Source: Actinomycetota bacterium (GTDB lineage: Bacteria > Actinomycetota > Acidimicrobiia > Acidimicrobiales > Aldehydirespiratoraceae). Taken from it: DNA of 64,000 nt. The notes under the pieces are model-generated. The model saw only the letters and a list, made by a program, of their open reading frames with translations. It made no database searches and was not told the origin of the DNA. This document shows, one piece after another, positions 24,625-34,305 of the stretch. The first letter of the stretch is position 1. The number at the start of each line of letters is the position of its first letter. The stretch spans positions 2,251-66,250 of the forward strand of contig JBCCYT010000005.1 of NCBI GenBank assembly GCA_039188975.1. The letters are read 5' to 3'. A program made the position numbers and the translations under genes.

Positions 24625-25701
24625 TCAGCTGGTTGGGCGACCGGCGGGGCGTTGGGGCGGTGGGCAACAGTTGACCCGGCACACGTCGGGCCGCACCTCG
24701 AGTCCACCCAACGCCGCTCGGGCAACGACCGTGGGGTCATCGGCGATCTCGGCTGCGATCCGCTCACCGATGAGATCGACCCACATGTCGATGAACGGCG
24801 CAACCGGCCCTGTGCCGGGCGAGATGGCGCGGCTGACCTCGATGCCCACCCGCTCGGCGGTCTGCACGGCCTCGGTGTCGAGATCCCACATGACTTCGAT
24901 GTGGTCGCTGACAAAGCCGATCGGGATGATCACGACCGCCGTGACCCCTTCGTCGGCGAGCTGCTCGATCACGTCGTTGACGTCGGGCTCGAGCCAGGGT
25001 ACCTGTGGCGGGCCCGAACGGCTCTGCCACACCAGTTGCGCCGGCAGGTCGGGTCGGGGCAACGCGGCACAGACGATTCGCATCGCCTCGCGCAGCTGGA
25101 TCTCGTAGTCGCACACAGCCGCCATCGAGGACGGGATGGAATGGGCGGTGAACAACAGGGTGGGTTCGGCCTCGGGCCCATGCGTGGCGAGCGCATGGTT
25201 GGTGGCGTCGATGAACGGCTCCAAGAAGCCGGGGTGGTCGTAGTACGCCCGAACCTTGTCGATCTCGGGGACGGTGAGGTCGGGCCGGCGATCAGCAACC
25301 GTCTCTCGGGCCGCGATCAGGTTCTCGCGGTACTGGCGACAACCCGAGTACGACGAGTACGCCGACGTGAAGATCGCGAGCGCCCGCCGAATGCCATCTT
25401 CGGCCATCTGCTCCACGGTGTCCGCGAGGAACGGGTGCCAGTTGCGGTTACCCCAGTACACCGGAAGGTCGAGCCCGGTCTCGATCAGCGCAGTCTGGAG
25501 AGCCGACTGTTGTCGCCGGCATTGTTCGTTGATCGGGCTCACCCCGTCGAAGTACGCATAGTGTTCGCCGACGACGGCGAGCCGTTCGCGCGGGATGTTC
25601 CTACCGGCCGTCACGTTCTCGAGGAACGGGATCACGTCATCGGGACCCTCGGGTCCGCCGAAGCTGACGAGCACGATGGCGTCGTAGGGGGAATCGGCCA
25701 C
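24625..25701 (-). CDS. hemH: Ferrochelatase (actinobacterial coproporphyrin-type, Cys-rich C-terminus)
   Basis: 358-aa ORF. VLVSFGGPEGPDDV, TAHSIP and FVSDHIEV blocks. C-terminal CRVNCC cluster as in [2Fe-2S]-containing actinobacterial enzymes. Confidence 0.9.
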   Translation of the reverse strand: MADSPYDAIVLVSFGGPEGPDDVIPFLENVTAGRNIPRERLAVVGEHYAYFDGVSPINEQCRRQQSALQTALIETGLDLPVYWGNRNWHPFLADTVEQMAEDGIRRALAIFTSAYSSYSGCRQYRENLIAARETVADRRPDLTVPEIDKVRAYYDHPGFLEPFIDATNHALATHGPEAEPTLLFTAHSIPSSMAAVCDYEIQLREAMRIVCAALPRPDLPAQLVWQSRSGPPQVPWLEPDVNDVIEQLADEGVTAVVIIPIGFVSDHIEVMWDLDTEAVQTAERVGIEVSRAISPGTGPVAPFIDMWVDLIGERIAAEIADDPTVVARAALGGLEVRPDVCRVNCCPPPQRPAGRPTS

Positions 25702-25831
25702 GCTCGGAGACTAGGTGGCCGTCCGCCTTTTCGTTCGGTCGGGTCCTGGGTAGATTTTCCTCACGACGGGTGGAGGGTCGTCGAGCGCTTTGCGCGCTCG
25801 CTGCCGCGTGCTCCACCCACGCCGTGCAGTC

Positions 25832-26821
25832 ATGACCGCAAATCGCTTCACCACCGCCCCAGGGTTTCCCCCTCACCAGATCGAGGACCCGTCGCGGCTC
25901 CGCGCATCCGGGGACGGGCTGGCGCTGCCGTCATCGTCACGTCGAGCAGGGCGGATCCTGGCACTGGTGACCGTGCTGGCGTTGATCGCAGGATGGCAGG
26001 CACTGGGCGCATCAGCCCAGACGGTCGACGACCTCCGCGGCGACATCCCAACCGGTGATGACGTTCGAGCGGAGCTCGCCGAGATCGCGGATGCGCGACT
26101 CGACAATCTGATGACACTCACCGCATCAGAAGCCGAACTCACCGCGGTCTTGACCGCCCGCGACGATCTCGACGCTGAGCAGCGCCGCCTCGCCGCCGAG
26201 ATCGAGGCGGCCACCGACAACCTTCGCCGGGTCGCCATCGAGTCCTTCATCACCGGCGGTGAGCTGTCCGAACTCGAGTATCTGACTGCGGTTGGAGGCG
26301 CCTCGGACTTCGCGTGGCGTCAGTACCTCGTTCGCTCCCATGCCGGCTCGTCCAAGGTCGCGGTCCAACGTATGCAAGCCCTGCTCGAACGAGCGGACGA
26401 CGACGTGCTGGCCACGATCAATCGAGCGGAGGAGCTCCGGGCCACGATCATCCGGCTCGAGATCGAGATCGATGCACTCGATCTCCGCGAGGAAGAGCTC
26501 ACCGAGGTGCTGCCGTTGGCCGATGCCTGGGATCGCACCGCGGTCGCGGTTGCGGAAGGGCAGTGGGGCATCGCCCCCGCCGATCGTTGGGCCCGGCTCC
26601 GGTTCTGTGAGTCGACCGACAATTATCAGGCGATCAATCCTTCGGGGACCTACCGGGGTGCCTACCAGTTCGACTACGCGACCTGGCAAACGGTCGGCGG
26701 CACCGGTGACCCTGCGGCTGCGCCACCGGAGGAGCAAGATGCTCGGGCACGGGAGCTCTACGCCCGCCGAGGCCATCAGCCCTGGCCGGAGTGCGGCCGC
26801 TTCTTGATCGACGAAGAATAG
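25832..26821 (+). CDS. Secreted or membrane-anchored coiled-coil protein with a C-terminal Rpf-like transglycosylase domain
   Basis: Track ORF 25790..26821. I prefer ATG 25832 (MTANRF...). TM/signal ILALVTVLALIAGWQALGASA, then ~200 aa of heptad-like Ala/Glu/Leu-rich sequence. C-terminus WARLRFCESTDNYQAINPSGTYRGAYQFDYATWQTVGG...QPWPECG resembles the Rpf/transglycosylase-like fold. Confidence 0.8.
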   Translation: MTANRFTTAPGFPPHQIEDPSRLRASGDGLALPSSSRRAGRILALVTVLALIAGWQALGASAQTVDDLRGDIPTGDDVRAELAEIADARLDNLMTLTASEAELTAVLTARDDLDAEQRRLAAEIEAATDNLRRVAIESFITGGELSELEYLTAVGGASDFAWRQYLVRSHAGSSKVAVQRMQALLERADDDVLATINRAEELRATIIRLEIEIDALDLREEELTEVLPLADAWDRTAVAVAEGQWGIAPADRWARLRFCESTDNYQAINPSGTYRGAYQFDYATWQTVGGTGDPAAAPPEEQDARARELYARRGHQPWPECGRFLIDEE

Positions 26822-26860
26822 GCGGGCTCGGTCGTCGAGTGGTGCCCAGAGCCGGTCGTG

Positions 26861-27196
26861 TCAGCCGCCCAGCAGTTTGCGGGCGACCTGCCCCAGCCGA
26901 CTCGGCTGGGGTGGCTCCCATCCTTCGGGCACCAGGTGCGGCGCCTTCGCGCTCAGCACGGTGATGACGTCGTCGGCACTCGGGTTGACCATCGCAATGT
27001 CGTCGATGACGACGGTGGGGACGGTCTCGTTGCCGTTGGCGTGCTGGCGCACGATGGCCGCGTCACCCGGGTTGTCCCAGATGTTGTGCTTGTCGAGGGG
27101 GACCCCGGCCCGGTCGAGGTTGCGGTTGAGCATGGCGCAGAAGCCGCAGCCGGGCCGCCAGTAGAAGTCGACGGCGTTGATGGTGGATTCGGCCAT
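26861..27196 (-). CDS. Mycoredoxin/glutaredoxin-like protein
   Basis: Only the last 111 aa of track ORF 26861..27799 look real (start ATG 27196): MAESTINAVDFYWRPGCGFCAML...TVPTVVID, a thioredoxin fold with a CGFC active site. The upstream 200 aa are Arg-rich shadow sequence over the ABC gene. Confidence 0.8.
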   Translation of the reverse strand: MAESTINAVDFYWRPGCGFCAMLNRNLDRAGVPLDKHNIWDNPGDAAIVRQHANGNETVPTVVIDDIAMVNPSADDVITVLSAKAPHLVPEGWEPPQPSRLGQVARKLLGG

Positions 27197-27331
27197 GGCA
27201 GGTGCTCTCTCTCGGGGGTGGGGCGAGTCTAGGGATGGCAACCCACCGGCCGGGCTCGAGATTCCGCTCGATGGATGATTCCCCCCTGCCTGTCGCTCTG
27301 TCGTGTCACTGGGTCGCACTAGGTTGACGAC

Positions 27332-28291
27332 ATGTCCGATTCTCCAATCGCAGCGGTTCGTGCGGAAGGCCTCCGCCGTACATTCGGCGACGACGTGGTC
27401 GCCGTGGACGGTGTCGACCTCGAGGTCCAGCCCGGTGAGATCTATGGCTTTCTCGGGCCGAACGGGGCCGGCAAGTCGACCGTGGTGCGCATGTTGTGCA
27501 CCTTGCTGGCGCCGTCCGGTGGCCGAGCGTGGGTCGGCGGGCTCGACGTCGCCACCGATGCGGATGACGTGCGTCTGTCGATCGGGGTTGCGCTGCAAGA
27601 AGCCGGTCTCGACGACAACATGACCGGCCGGGAGATCCTCGTGACCCAGGGTCGTCTCTTTGGGATGACCCGCCCGCAGATCGATGCGCGTATCGAGGAA
27701 CTGTCGCCGATCCTCGAAATGAGTGCGCTGGATCGCCTGGTGCGGACGTATTCGGGCGGTATGGCCCGCCGTCTCGATCTCGCCGCGGCACTCATACACA
27801 ACCCGTCGGTGCTGTTCCTCGACGAGCCCACCACCGGGCTCGACCCGCCCAGCCGGTTGCGGGTGTGGGAAGAGGTCCGCCGCCTGAACCGAGAGATCGG
27901 CCTCACCTTGTTTCTCACCACCCAGTACCTGGAGGAAGCCGACGAGCTCGCCGACCGGGTCGGCATCATCAACGCGGGCCGGCTCGTGGCGGAGGGCACC
28001 CCGTCAGAGCTCAAGCGATCGATCGGCACCGATGTGGTCACCGCAGTGATCGACGGTGATCCGGCTGCCGCGAAGGCGGCCGTGAGCGGCGTCGACGGCC
28101 TCGGCGCAGTCGATGTGTTCGGGGCCGAACTGCGGGTCGCCAGTGACAATGGCGCCAAGGCGATCAGCCCGGTTGCATTGGCGCTCGCCAGCGCCGGCAT
28201 CGACGTCAAGGAGCTGAGTTTGCGCACCCCGACCCTCGACGATGTGTTCCTCGATGTAACCGGCACCCATCTCGAAGGAGGTCAGGCATGA
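27332..28291 (+). CDS. ABC transporter ATP-binding protein (DrrA/ABC-2 exporter type)
   Basis: 319-aa ORF. Walker A GPNGAGKST, signature YSGGMARRL and Walker B LFLDEPTTGLD. Confidence 0.92.
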   Translation: MSDSPIAAVRAEGLRRTFGDDVVAVDGVDLEVQPGEIYGFLGPNGAGKSTVVRMLCTLLAPSGGRAWVGGLDVATDADDVRLSIGVALQEAGLDDNMTGREILVTQGRLFGMTRPQIDARIEELSPILEMSALDRLVRTYSGGMARRLDLAAALIHNPSVLFLDEPTTGLDPPSRLRVWEEVRRLNREIGLTLFLTTQYLEEADELADRVGIINAGRLVAEGTPSELKRSIGTDVVTAVIDGDPAAAKAAVSGVDGLGAVDVFGAELRVASDNGAKAISPVALALASAGIDVKELSLRTPTLDDVFLDVTGTHLEGGQA

Positions 28292-29088
28292 CCGATACCA
28301 GCGCCTCTGCTCCGTTCATCGCTCGAAGGGCCGGGTTCGTGCAGGATACGATCTCGATCGCTCGCCGGTCGATCCGTCAGTTGCCCCGAGACATCGCATT
28401 CATCGGTCCGACGCTGTTCATCCCGCTGTTCTTCCTGGTGGTCAATGTCGGGTCGCTGTCCGAGGCGGCTCAGTTCACCAACATCGACATCACCTACCGA
28501 GAGTTTCAGCTGCCGGTCGCCATCGTCTTTGCGGTCACCGGTGTAACCCGGGCCAACGCCATGGTGCTCGACATCCAGAACGGGTACTTCGATCGGTTGA
28601 TGACGACACCGGTCTCACGTCGAGCCCTGCTGCTTGGCCACATGATGGCTGACTTCGTTCTGGTGATCGCACTCGCAATCCCCGTGATGATCCTCGGCTT
28701 CGCCATCGGCGCCCGCTTCGAGACCGGCGTGCTGGGGGTTCTGGTCTTCATCTTCTTGGCTGCGCTCTGGGGCTTGGCCTACACGGGCATTCCCTACGCG
28801 ATCGCGTTGAAGACCGGGAATCCCGGAGCCGTCAACTCGTCGTTCATCATCTTCTTCCCGTTTGCCTTCTTGACGACCGCGTACGTTCCGCTCGAAAACA
28901 TGAGTGGCTGGTTGGCGTCGGTCGCCCGCTACAACCCGGTCACCTACGTGTTCGGTGCGTTGCGTTCGCTGTTCAGCGGCTGGGATCCGGCTGAGCTGGG
29001 CAAGGGCCTGCTCGCCATCGCCGTGCTGGGCTTCATCACCCAGACCCTGTCGTTTCGGGCGCTCAAGGGCCGGGTAGACGTGACGTGA
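28288..29088 (+). CDS. ABC-2 type transporter permease
   Basis: 266-aa ORF with 6 hydrophobic segments. The start overlaps the ATPase stop (ATGA). Confidence 0.85.
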   Translation: MTDTSASAPFIARRAGFVQDTISIARRSIRQLPRDIAFIGPTLFIPLFFLVVNVGSLSEAAQFTNIDITYREFQLPVAIVFAVTGVTRANAMVLDIQNGYFDRLMTTPVSRRALLLGHMMADFVLVIALAIPVMILGFAIGARFETGVLGVLVFIFLAALWGLAYTGIPYAIALKTGNPGAVNSSFIIFFPFAFLTTAYVPLENMSGWLASVARYNPVTYVFGALRSLFSGWDPAELGKGLLAIAVLGFITQTLSFRALKGRVDVT

Positions 29089-29839
29089 CCGCGCCCTGGG
29101 CCGGTACTCGGTCCGGGTCGAGCCCGAGCTGTTCGGCAAAGGCCCGCATCCAGGCGTCATAACCCCGGTCGTTCGGGTGGAACAGGTCGGCCGAAACCCC
29201 CCGGTGTGGGGCAACCATGTGCGGTCCGAGTTCGGCGACGAGAACCCGGTGGTCGGCGGCGGTTTCGCGCAGGGCCCGATTGACGTAGCGGCCCGTCGGG
29301 CTAAACGACGGCGCCGGGAGCGCCGAAATGATGGCCCCGGCGGGGAGCGCGGCAACCAGACGGTTGAGTCGCTCGGCCAGAGCCGACGGGTTGGGGTTGC
29401 GCATGAGATCGTTCGAGCCGACGCAGACCGTGACGATCGTGGGCGCCGCGGGCAGGAGATCCAGCAACGGGAGTTGTTCATCGATGACGTGTTCGCTCGT
29501 CGCCCCGGACCGGCTCAGATTCACGAGCGCATGAGGCCGATCATCTGCGGCAAGGGCGGCGTCGATGCGAGCGATCCAGCTGTGGTCGATCGTCGAGGCA
29601 CCGATGCCCTGTGCCGTCGAGTCTCCGAGTGCGGCCCACAACGGCAGCGCGCCGGGGCCGTCCGCCGCCGTCAGGGCCGATTCGGTGATGGCGTGCCAGT
29701 CGCGCTCGATGGGGTCGATCTTCGCGGACACGGTGCGTACCGCGGGATTGACCCGCTGCATGACGCGCGTGAGACGGGCCGGCGTCCACGGCGGCCGGGC
29801 ATCCAGCGCTTCGATGATGGGATGGCGTTCCTCGGTCAC
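29063..29839 (-). CDS. SGNH/GDSL-family hydrolase
   Basis: 258-aa ORF. Block I ALGDSTAQG, block III VCVGSNDL and C-terminal DLFHPNDRGY (catalytic D-x-x-H). Confidence 0.85.
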   Translation of the reverse strand: MTEERHPIIEALDARPPWTPARLTRVMQRVNPAVRTVSAKIDPIERDWHAITESALTAADGPGALPLWAALGDSTAQGIGASTIDHSWIARIDAALAADDRPHALVNLSRSGATSEHVIDEQLPLLDLLPAAPTIVTVCVGSNDLMRNPNPSALAERLNRLVAALPAGAIISALPAPSFSPTGRYVNRALRETAADHRVLVAELGPHMVAPHRGVSADLFHPNDRGYDAWMRAFAEQLGLDPDRVPAQGAVTSRLPGP

Positions 29840-29850
29840 GCCCGCACCTC

Positions 29851-31647
29851 GTGGGAGCCATGGGGGATGGTCGTAGTCTGCGGCACGTGATCCTCGTCGA
29901 CGTGGACCGTGTCAGTATGAGCCGGCCGCTGCGGCCCCTGTTCGCCGACGTGTCGGTGACGGTTGCGGCGGGCGATCGGTTGGGTGTGGTCGGCATCAAC
30001 GGCACCGGCAAGTCGACCTTGCTGTCGATCATCGCCGGGACGCGCGAACCGGAGTCGGGAGAGGTGCGCCGCGGGCGGGGCGTGACGATGGCGGCGGTCG
30101 ACCAGGTCACGACCTTGCCGTCCGGCTCGGTTCGAGACGCAGTCGGCGGTGGGTGGCGAGGAGAGGCGGCCCTGCATCGGCTTGGCCTCGCCGACGTGAT
30201 CGACCGTCCGGTCGATCAGCTGTCGGGAGGACAGGAAAAGCGGGTGTCGCTTGCCAAGGCCCTGGTGACCGACGCCGACCTTCTCGTTCTCGACGAACCC
30301 ACCAACCATCTCGACGTCGACGCCATCGAGTGGCTGGAACATGAACTCGAGCAGTTCCGGGGTGGTTTGGTGATCGTCACCCACGATCGCTACGTGCTCG
30401 ATCAGGTTGCGACCCGTGTGCTCGAACTGGACCGAGGCGCCGCCTACGTGCACGAGGGTGGCTACGCCGGCTATCTCGAAGGCCGAGCGGCACGTGAGGA
30501 GCGGGCGGCCGCGCACGAATCGACCCGTCAAAATCTGGCGCGCCGGGAGCTGGCGTGGCTGCGACGAGGGGCCAAGGCCCGGACCCGGAAGAGCCGGGCT
30601 CGGGTGGAGCGCGCAACCGAGCTCATCAACACCCGGGCTCAGGCGGCGGCGCGAGATGGGGATCTCGATCTTGACTCGCTTCACCAGGGCACGCCGCGCC
30701 TTGGTGACCAGGTGGTCGAGTTGCATGACATCACGGTCGGCTTCGATGCCGATGCGCCGCTGGTATCGGGACTCGACCTGTTGCTCGATCGGCGTGAGCG
30801 ACTCGGCATCGTGGGTGCGAACGGGTCAGGCAAGTCGACGCTGCTCGATGTGATCGCCGGCCGGCGGGCGCCGCTTGGCGGGCATCGAGTGCAGGGACCG
30901 ACGGTCGCGATCGGGCTCAACGACCAACAAGGCCGAGATCTCGATCCCCAGATGCGTGTCCGGCACGCGATCGCGGGCGAGGGGGCTGAGCCGGATTGGT
31001 GGGACGTTCAGTTGCTGGAACGCTTCTGGTTCGACGGTGACGCGCAGAAGTCACCGATCGAGCTGTTGTCCGGCGGTGAGCGACGTCGGCTGCAGCTGGT
31101 GCTGACGTTGGCGGCGAAACCGAACGTGTTGTTGCTCGATGAGCCCACCAACGACCTTGATCTCGACACGCTGCGGGCGTTGGAGGACTTTCTCGACGAT
31201 TGGCCGGGGGCGGTGGTTGTGATCAGCCATGACCGCACGTTCCTCGATCGAACGGTCAATGACGTGTTGGTCATCGATGACGGTGAAGCCCGTCGGTGGC
31301 CAGGCGGGTACGCCGGCTGGCTCGGCGACCGGGAGGGCGCCAGCAATATCCGGACGCTCGACACGTCGGGCGGTTCGACCCCAGCGGCCGACACTCGAGA
31401 ACGTCCTGAACGCGCACATCGATCACGCTCGACGGTGCGTCACGAGCTGAAGGCGGCCGAAAAAGACATGGCTCGGCTCGAGAAGCGCGTCGTTGCGCTG
31501 CGCGATGAGCTCGCCGCCGCAGGAACCGATCACGCGGTGCTCGCCCAGGTCGGGTCGGCACTCGCGGCCGAAGAAGCGGCCCTGGCCGAGGCGGAGGAAC
31601 GTTGGTTGGAGCGCACGGCCGAGATCGACGAGATCGACGGTCGCTGA
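29851..31647 (+). CDS. ABC-F family ATPase (two tandem NBDs, no TMD)
   Basis: 598-aa ORF. Two Walker A motifs (GINGTGKST, GANGSGKST), two signatures (LSGGQEKR, LSGGERRR) and a C-terminal coiled coil. The alternative start GTG 29887 (VILVDVDRVSMS) fits the family N-terminus better. Confidence 0.9.
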   Translation: MGAMGDGRSLRHVILVDVDRVSMSRPLRPLFADVSVTVAAGDRLGVVGINGTGKSTLLSIIAGTREPESGEVRRGRGVTMAAVDQVTTLPSGSVRDAVGGGWRGEAALHRLGLADVIDRPVDQLSGGQEKRVSLAKALVTDADLLVLDEPTNHLDVDAIEWLEHELEQFRGGLVIVTHDRYVLDQVATRVLELDRGAAYVHEGGYAGYLEGRAAREERAAAHESTRQNLARRELAWLRRGAKARTRKSRARVERATELINTRAQAAARDGDLDLDSLHQGTPRLGDQVVELHDITVGFDADAPLVSGLDLLLDRRERLGIVGANGSGKSTLLDVIAGRRAPLGGHRVQGPTVAIGLNDQQGRDLDPQMRVRHAIAGEGAEPDWWDVQLLERFWFDGDAQKSPIELLSGGERRRLQLVLTLAAKPNVLLLDEPTNDLDLDTLRALEDFLDDWPGAVVVISHDRTFLDRTVNDVLVIDDGEARRWPGGYAGWLGDREGASNIRTLDTSGGSTPAADTRERPERAHRSRSTVRHELKAAEKDMARLEKRVVALRDELAAAGTDHAVLAQVGSALAAEEAALAEAEERWLERTAEIDEIDGR

Positions 31648-31692
31648 TCGATCGGGCCCGGGAATGCTGAGCGGGGCCCTGGCGTTATCCTG

Positions 31693-32331
31693 ATGACTAT
31701 GACCGATACGGCATCCCCGGACACCACGAGCGAGATCCTGATCGTCACTGAAGCCGCTCGGGCGACGGTGCTCGACATTCGTTCCAATGAGGACGATGCG
31801 GAAGGCCTCGGCCTGCGGATCGAGGTCACCGGCGCTTCGGGGACCGATTACACCTACGACCTGTCTCTCGAGCCCGTTGCCGAAGCCGCCGATGACGATC
31901 ACCTTCATACCAGCGAAGGGCTCACGGTCATCATCCCGGCCAACAGCGCCGACGCAATGAAGGGCGCAACGCTCGATCTGCCATCGGTTGCCGGCCAAGG
32001 CGGCCTGGTGATCCGCAATCCGAATCGGCCCAACCCGCTTGGCGACTTCGGCCAGCTGGAACTCGTTGGCGATACTGCCGAGAAGGTGCAGATGCTGTTG
32101 GCGGAGCGCATCAACCCAGCCCTTGCCTCACACGGTGGCTTTGCCGAACTCGTCGGCGTCGAGGGAGACAAAGCGTTTGTGACCATGGGTGGCGGTTGCC
32201 AGGGCTGCTCGATGAGTGCCGCGACCCTGCAGGAAGGCATTCAAAAAGCCATCCTCGACGCAGTGCCCGAGATCACCGAAGTGGTTGACACCACCGACCA
32301 TCAGCAAGGCGAGAACCCCTACTACACCTGA
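31693..32331 (+). CDS. NfuA-like Fe-S cluster carrier (degenerate HesB/IscA-like N-domain plus Nfu C-domain)
   Basis: 212-aa ORF. C-terminal INPALASHGGFAELVGVEG...GGGCQGCSMS, the Nfu CxxC motif. Confidence 0.85.
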   Translation: MTMTDTASPDTTSEILIVTEAARATVLDIRSNEDDAEGLGLRIEVTGASGTDYTYDLSLEPVAEAADDDHLHTSEGLTVIIPANSADAMKGATLDLPSVAGQGGLVIRNPNRPNPLGDFGQLELVGDTAEKVQMLLAERINPALASHGGFAELVGVEGDKAFVTMGGGCQGCSMSAATLQEGIQKAILDAVPEITEVVDTTDHQQGENPYYT

Positions 32332-32454
32332 GCTCCGGGTCGATCTACGCCCCTTCGACGTGATGCGGCGGCTGGTCGATGGCGAGCGCCGGTACCGGAG
32401 CGAGCTTCGCGGCTGGTTTCCCCGATGGCCCGCGATCGGCTCGACCGATGGGTG

Positions 32455-34305
32455 CTAGCTGAGCAGGCTGCGAACCGAGGCGGCGATGCCGTCCGCGTCG
32501 AGGCCGAACCCGGCGTGGATCTCGTCGGGATCACCGTGAGGGATGTATTCGGTCGGGATGCCGAGCACCCGAACTCGGCAACTCGCCCCCTGTTCGCCCA
32601 GGGCATCGCGCACCCCGGCGCCGGCGCCCCCGATCCGCAGACCGTCCTCGATCGACACGACACAGTCGTGGCGGGTGAGATCATCGACCATCTCGGGGTC
32701 GAGCGGCATGACGACCCGAGGGTCATAGATCGTGCATTCGATACCTTCGGCCGCAAGCAGCTCGGCGGCTGCGGTGGCGGCGGGCAACATCTGGCCAAAG
32801 CCAACGAGCGCGATCCGGCCGTCGCCCGACCGGACCTTGCGGGCGCGAAGACCGGCACCGACCTCGCCATGGCCAACATGAGCGGCCTTGCCCCGCGACC
32901 AACGGATGGCGACGGGACCGGACGTGATGTCGATCGCGTCCTCCATCATCTGCTGGAGTTCCTGATAGCTCGAGGGTGCGAACACCGTCATACCGGGCAC
33001 CTTCGTCAACAACACCAGATCGAGGACACCATGATGGCTGGCGCCGTCAGGGCCCGTGATCCCGGCCCGGTCAAGACAGAAGATCACCGGCAAACCGTGG
33101 AGGCCGACGTCGAGGTTGACCTGATCGATCGCTCGGGTGAGGAAGGTCGAATACACCGCGACCAGCGGTCGTAGCCCACCCATCGCCATGCCGGCTGCGG
33201 AGGTGACCGCATGTTGCTCGGCGATGCCGACATCGAAACAACGATTCGGGAAACGCTCGCGGAACGGCAACAGGCCGGTGGAGTCTGGCATCGCTGCCGT
33301 GATTGCCACGAGATCGATGTTCTGATCGCCGAGCTTCACGAGCGTTTCGCTGAAGGCTGCGGTGTAGGAGCCTTCCTTGAGGGCCGACCCGGTGTCGTTC
33401 AGACCCGGCTTGGCGTCGTGCATGTTCTTGATCGGGTCCTGCTCGGCCGGAGCGTAGCCCTTGCCCTTTTGCGTCAAGACATGGACGACGACGGGCCCGG
33501 CAAATTCAGCGGCGTTGTCCAGCGCCTCTTCCATCGACTCGATGTCGTGACCGTCGAACGGACCCATGTAGCGAACGCCGAGGTCCTCGAAGAACGCCGA
33601 CGGCTCCCACATCTCGCGGACGGCTGCCTTCGACATCCGCACCCCTCGGCTGATCTGTTCGCCAACCCAGGGAATGGACTCGGCGATCTCTTCGATCTTG
33701 GCTTGGCGGCGCATGTAGACGGGGTTGTTGCGGATCTTCACCAGGCTCTCGGAGAGCCGCGACACCGTCGGTGCGTACGACCGCCCGTTGTCGTTGAGCA
33801 CGATCGTGACGTCGCTCCCCGCGTGGCCGAGGTTGTTGAGACCCTCAAACGCCATGCCACCGGTCATGGCGCCATCGCCGATGACCGCGACGATGCGGCG
33901 TCGAGCATCGGTGGCTTCGAACGCTGTCGCGATGCCGTGGGCATAGCTGAGCACGGTCGATGCGTGGCTGTTTTCGATCCAATCGTGATCGGATTCCGTG
34001 CGACTCGGGTAGCCCGACAGTCCGCCGCTTTCTCGCAGGGTCGCGAAGTCGCCGGCCCGGCCGGTCAGCATCTTGTGGACATACGACTGATGGCCGGTGT
34101 CCCAGAGGATCACGTCGTGGGGTGAGCGAAACACCCGATGCAGCGCAATCGTGAGCTCGACCGCGCCGAGATTCGACCCGAGGTGGCCTCCGTGCTCGTT
34201 GATCGAGTCGATCACGAGGTGGCGGATCTGATCGGCGAGGTCGTCGAGTTCGGCGTACGACCGGCCGCGAAGATCGTCAGGCCCATTCAGGGCGTCGAGC
34301 AGCAT
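32455..34305 (-). CDS. dxs: 1-deoxy-D-xylulose-5-phosphate synthase
   Basis: 616-aa ORF. GGHLGSNLGAVELTIALHRVF, the ThDP motif GDGAMTGGMAFEGLNN and the transketolase-like C-terminal domains. Confidence 0.95.
   Translation of the reverse strand: MLLDALNGPDDLRGRSYAELDDLADQIRHLVIDSINEHGGHLGSNLGAVELTIALHRVFRSPHDVILWDTGHQSYVHKMLTGRAGDFATLRESGGLSGYPSRTESDHDWIENSHASTVLSYAHGIATAFEATDARRRIVAVIGDGAMTGGMAFEGLNNLGHAGSDVTIVLNDNGRSYAPTVSRLSESLVKIRNNPVYMRRQAKIEEIAESIPWVGEQISRGVRMSKAAVREMWEPSAFFEDLGVRYMGPFDGHDIESMEEALDNAAEFAGPVVVHVLTQKGKGYAPAEQDPIKNMHDAKPGLNDTGSALKEGSYTAAFSETLVKLGDQNIDLVAITAAMPDSTGLLPFRERFPNRCFDVGIAEQHAVTSAAGMAMGGLRPLVAVYSTFLTRAIDQVNLDVGLHGLPVIFCLDRAGITGPDGASHHGVLDLVLLTKVPGMTVFAPSSYQELQQMMEDAIDITSGPVAIRWSRGKAAHVGHGEVGAGLRARKVRSGDGRIALVGFGQMLPAATAAAELLAAEGIECTIYDPRVVMPLDPEMVDDLTRHDCVVSIEDGLRIGGAGAGVRDALGEQGASCRVRVLGIPTEYIPHGDPDEIHAGFGLDADGIAASVRSLLS

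Noticed and set aside
25702-25831. Possible ydaO-type (c-di-AMP) riboswitch upstream of the Rpf-like gene, as known for some actinobacterial rpf genes
   Set aside because: Only ~130 nt are available, and they are shared with the divergent ferrochelatase promoter. I could not find the conserved GGGGA-CCA / ACGGGG-type blocks. A covariance-model scan would be needed to overturn this.
27197-27799. Upstream 200 codons of track ORF 26861..27799
   Set aside because: This is Arg/His-rich shadow sequence antisense to the DrrA-like ABC gene. Only the last 111 codons form a thioredoxin-fold protein with its own ATG.
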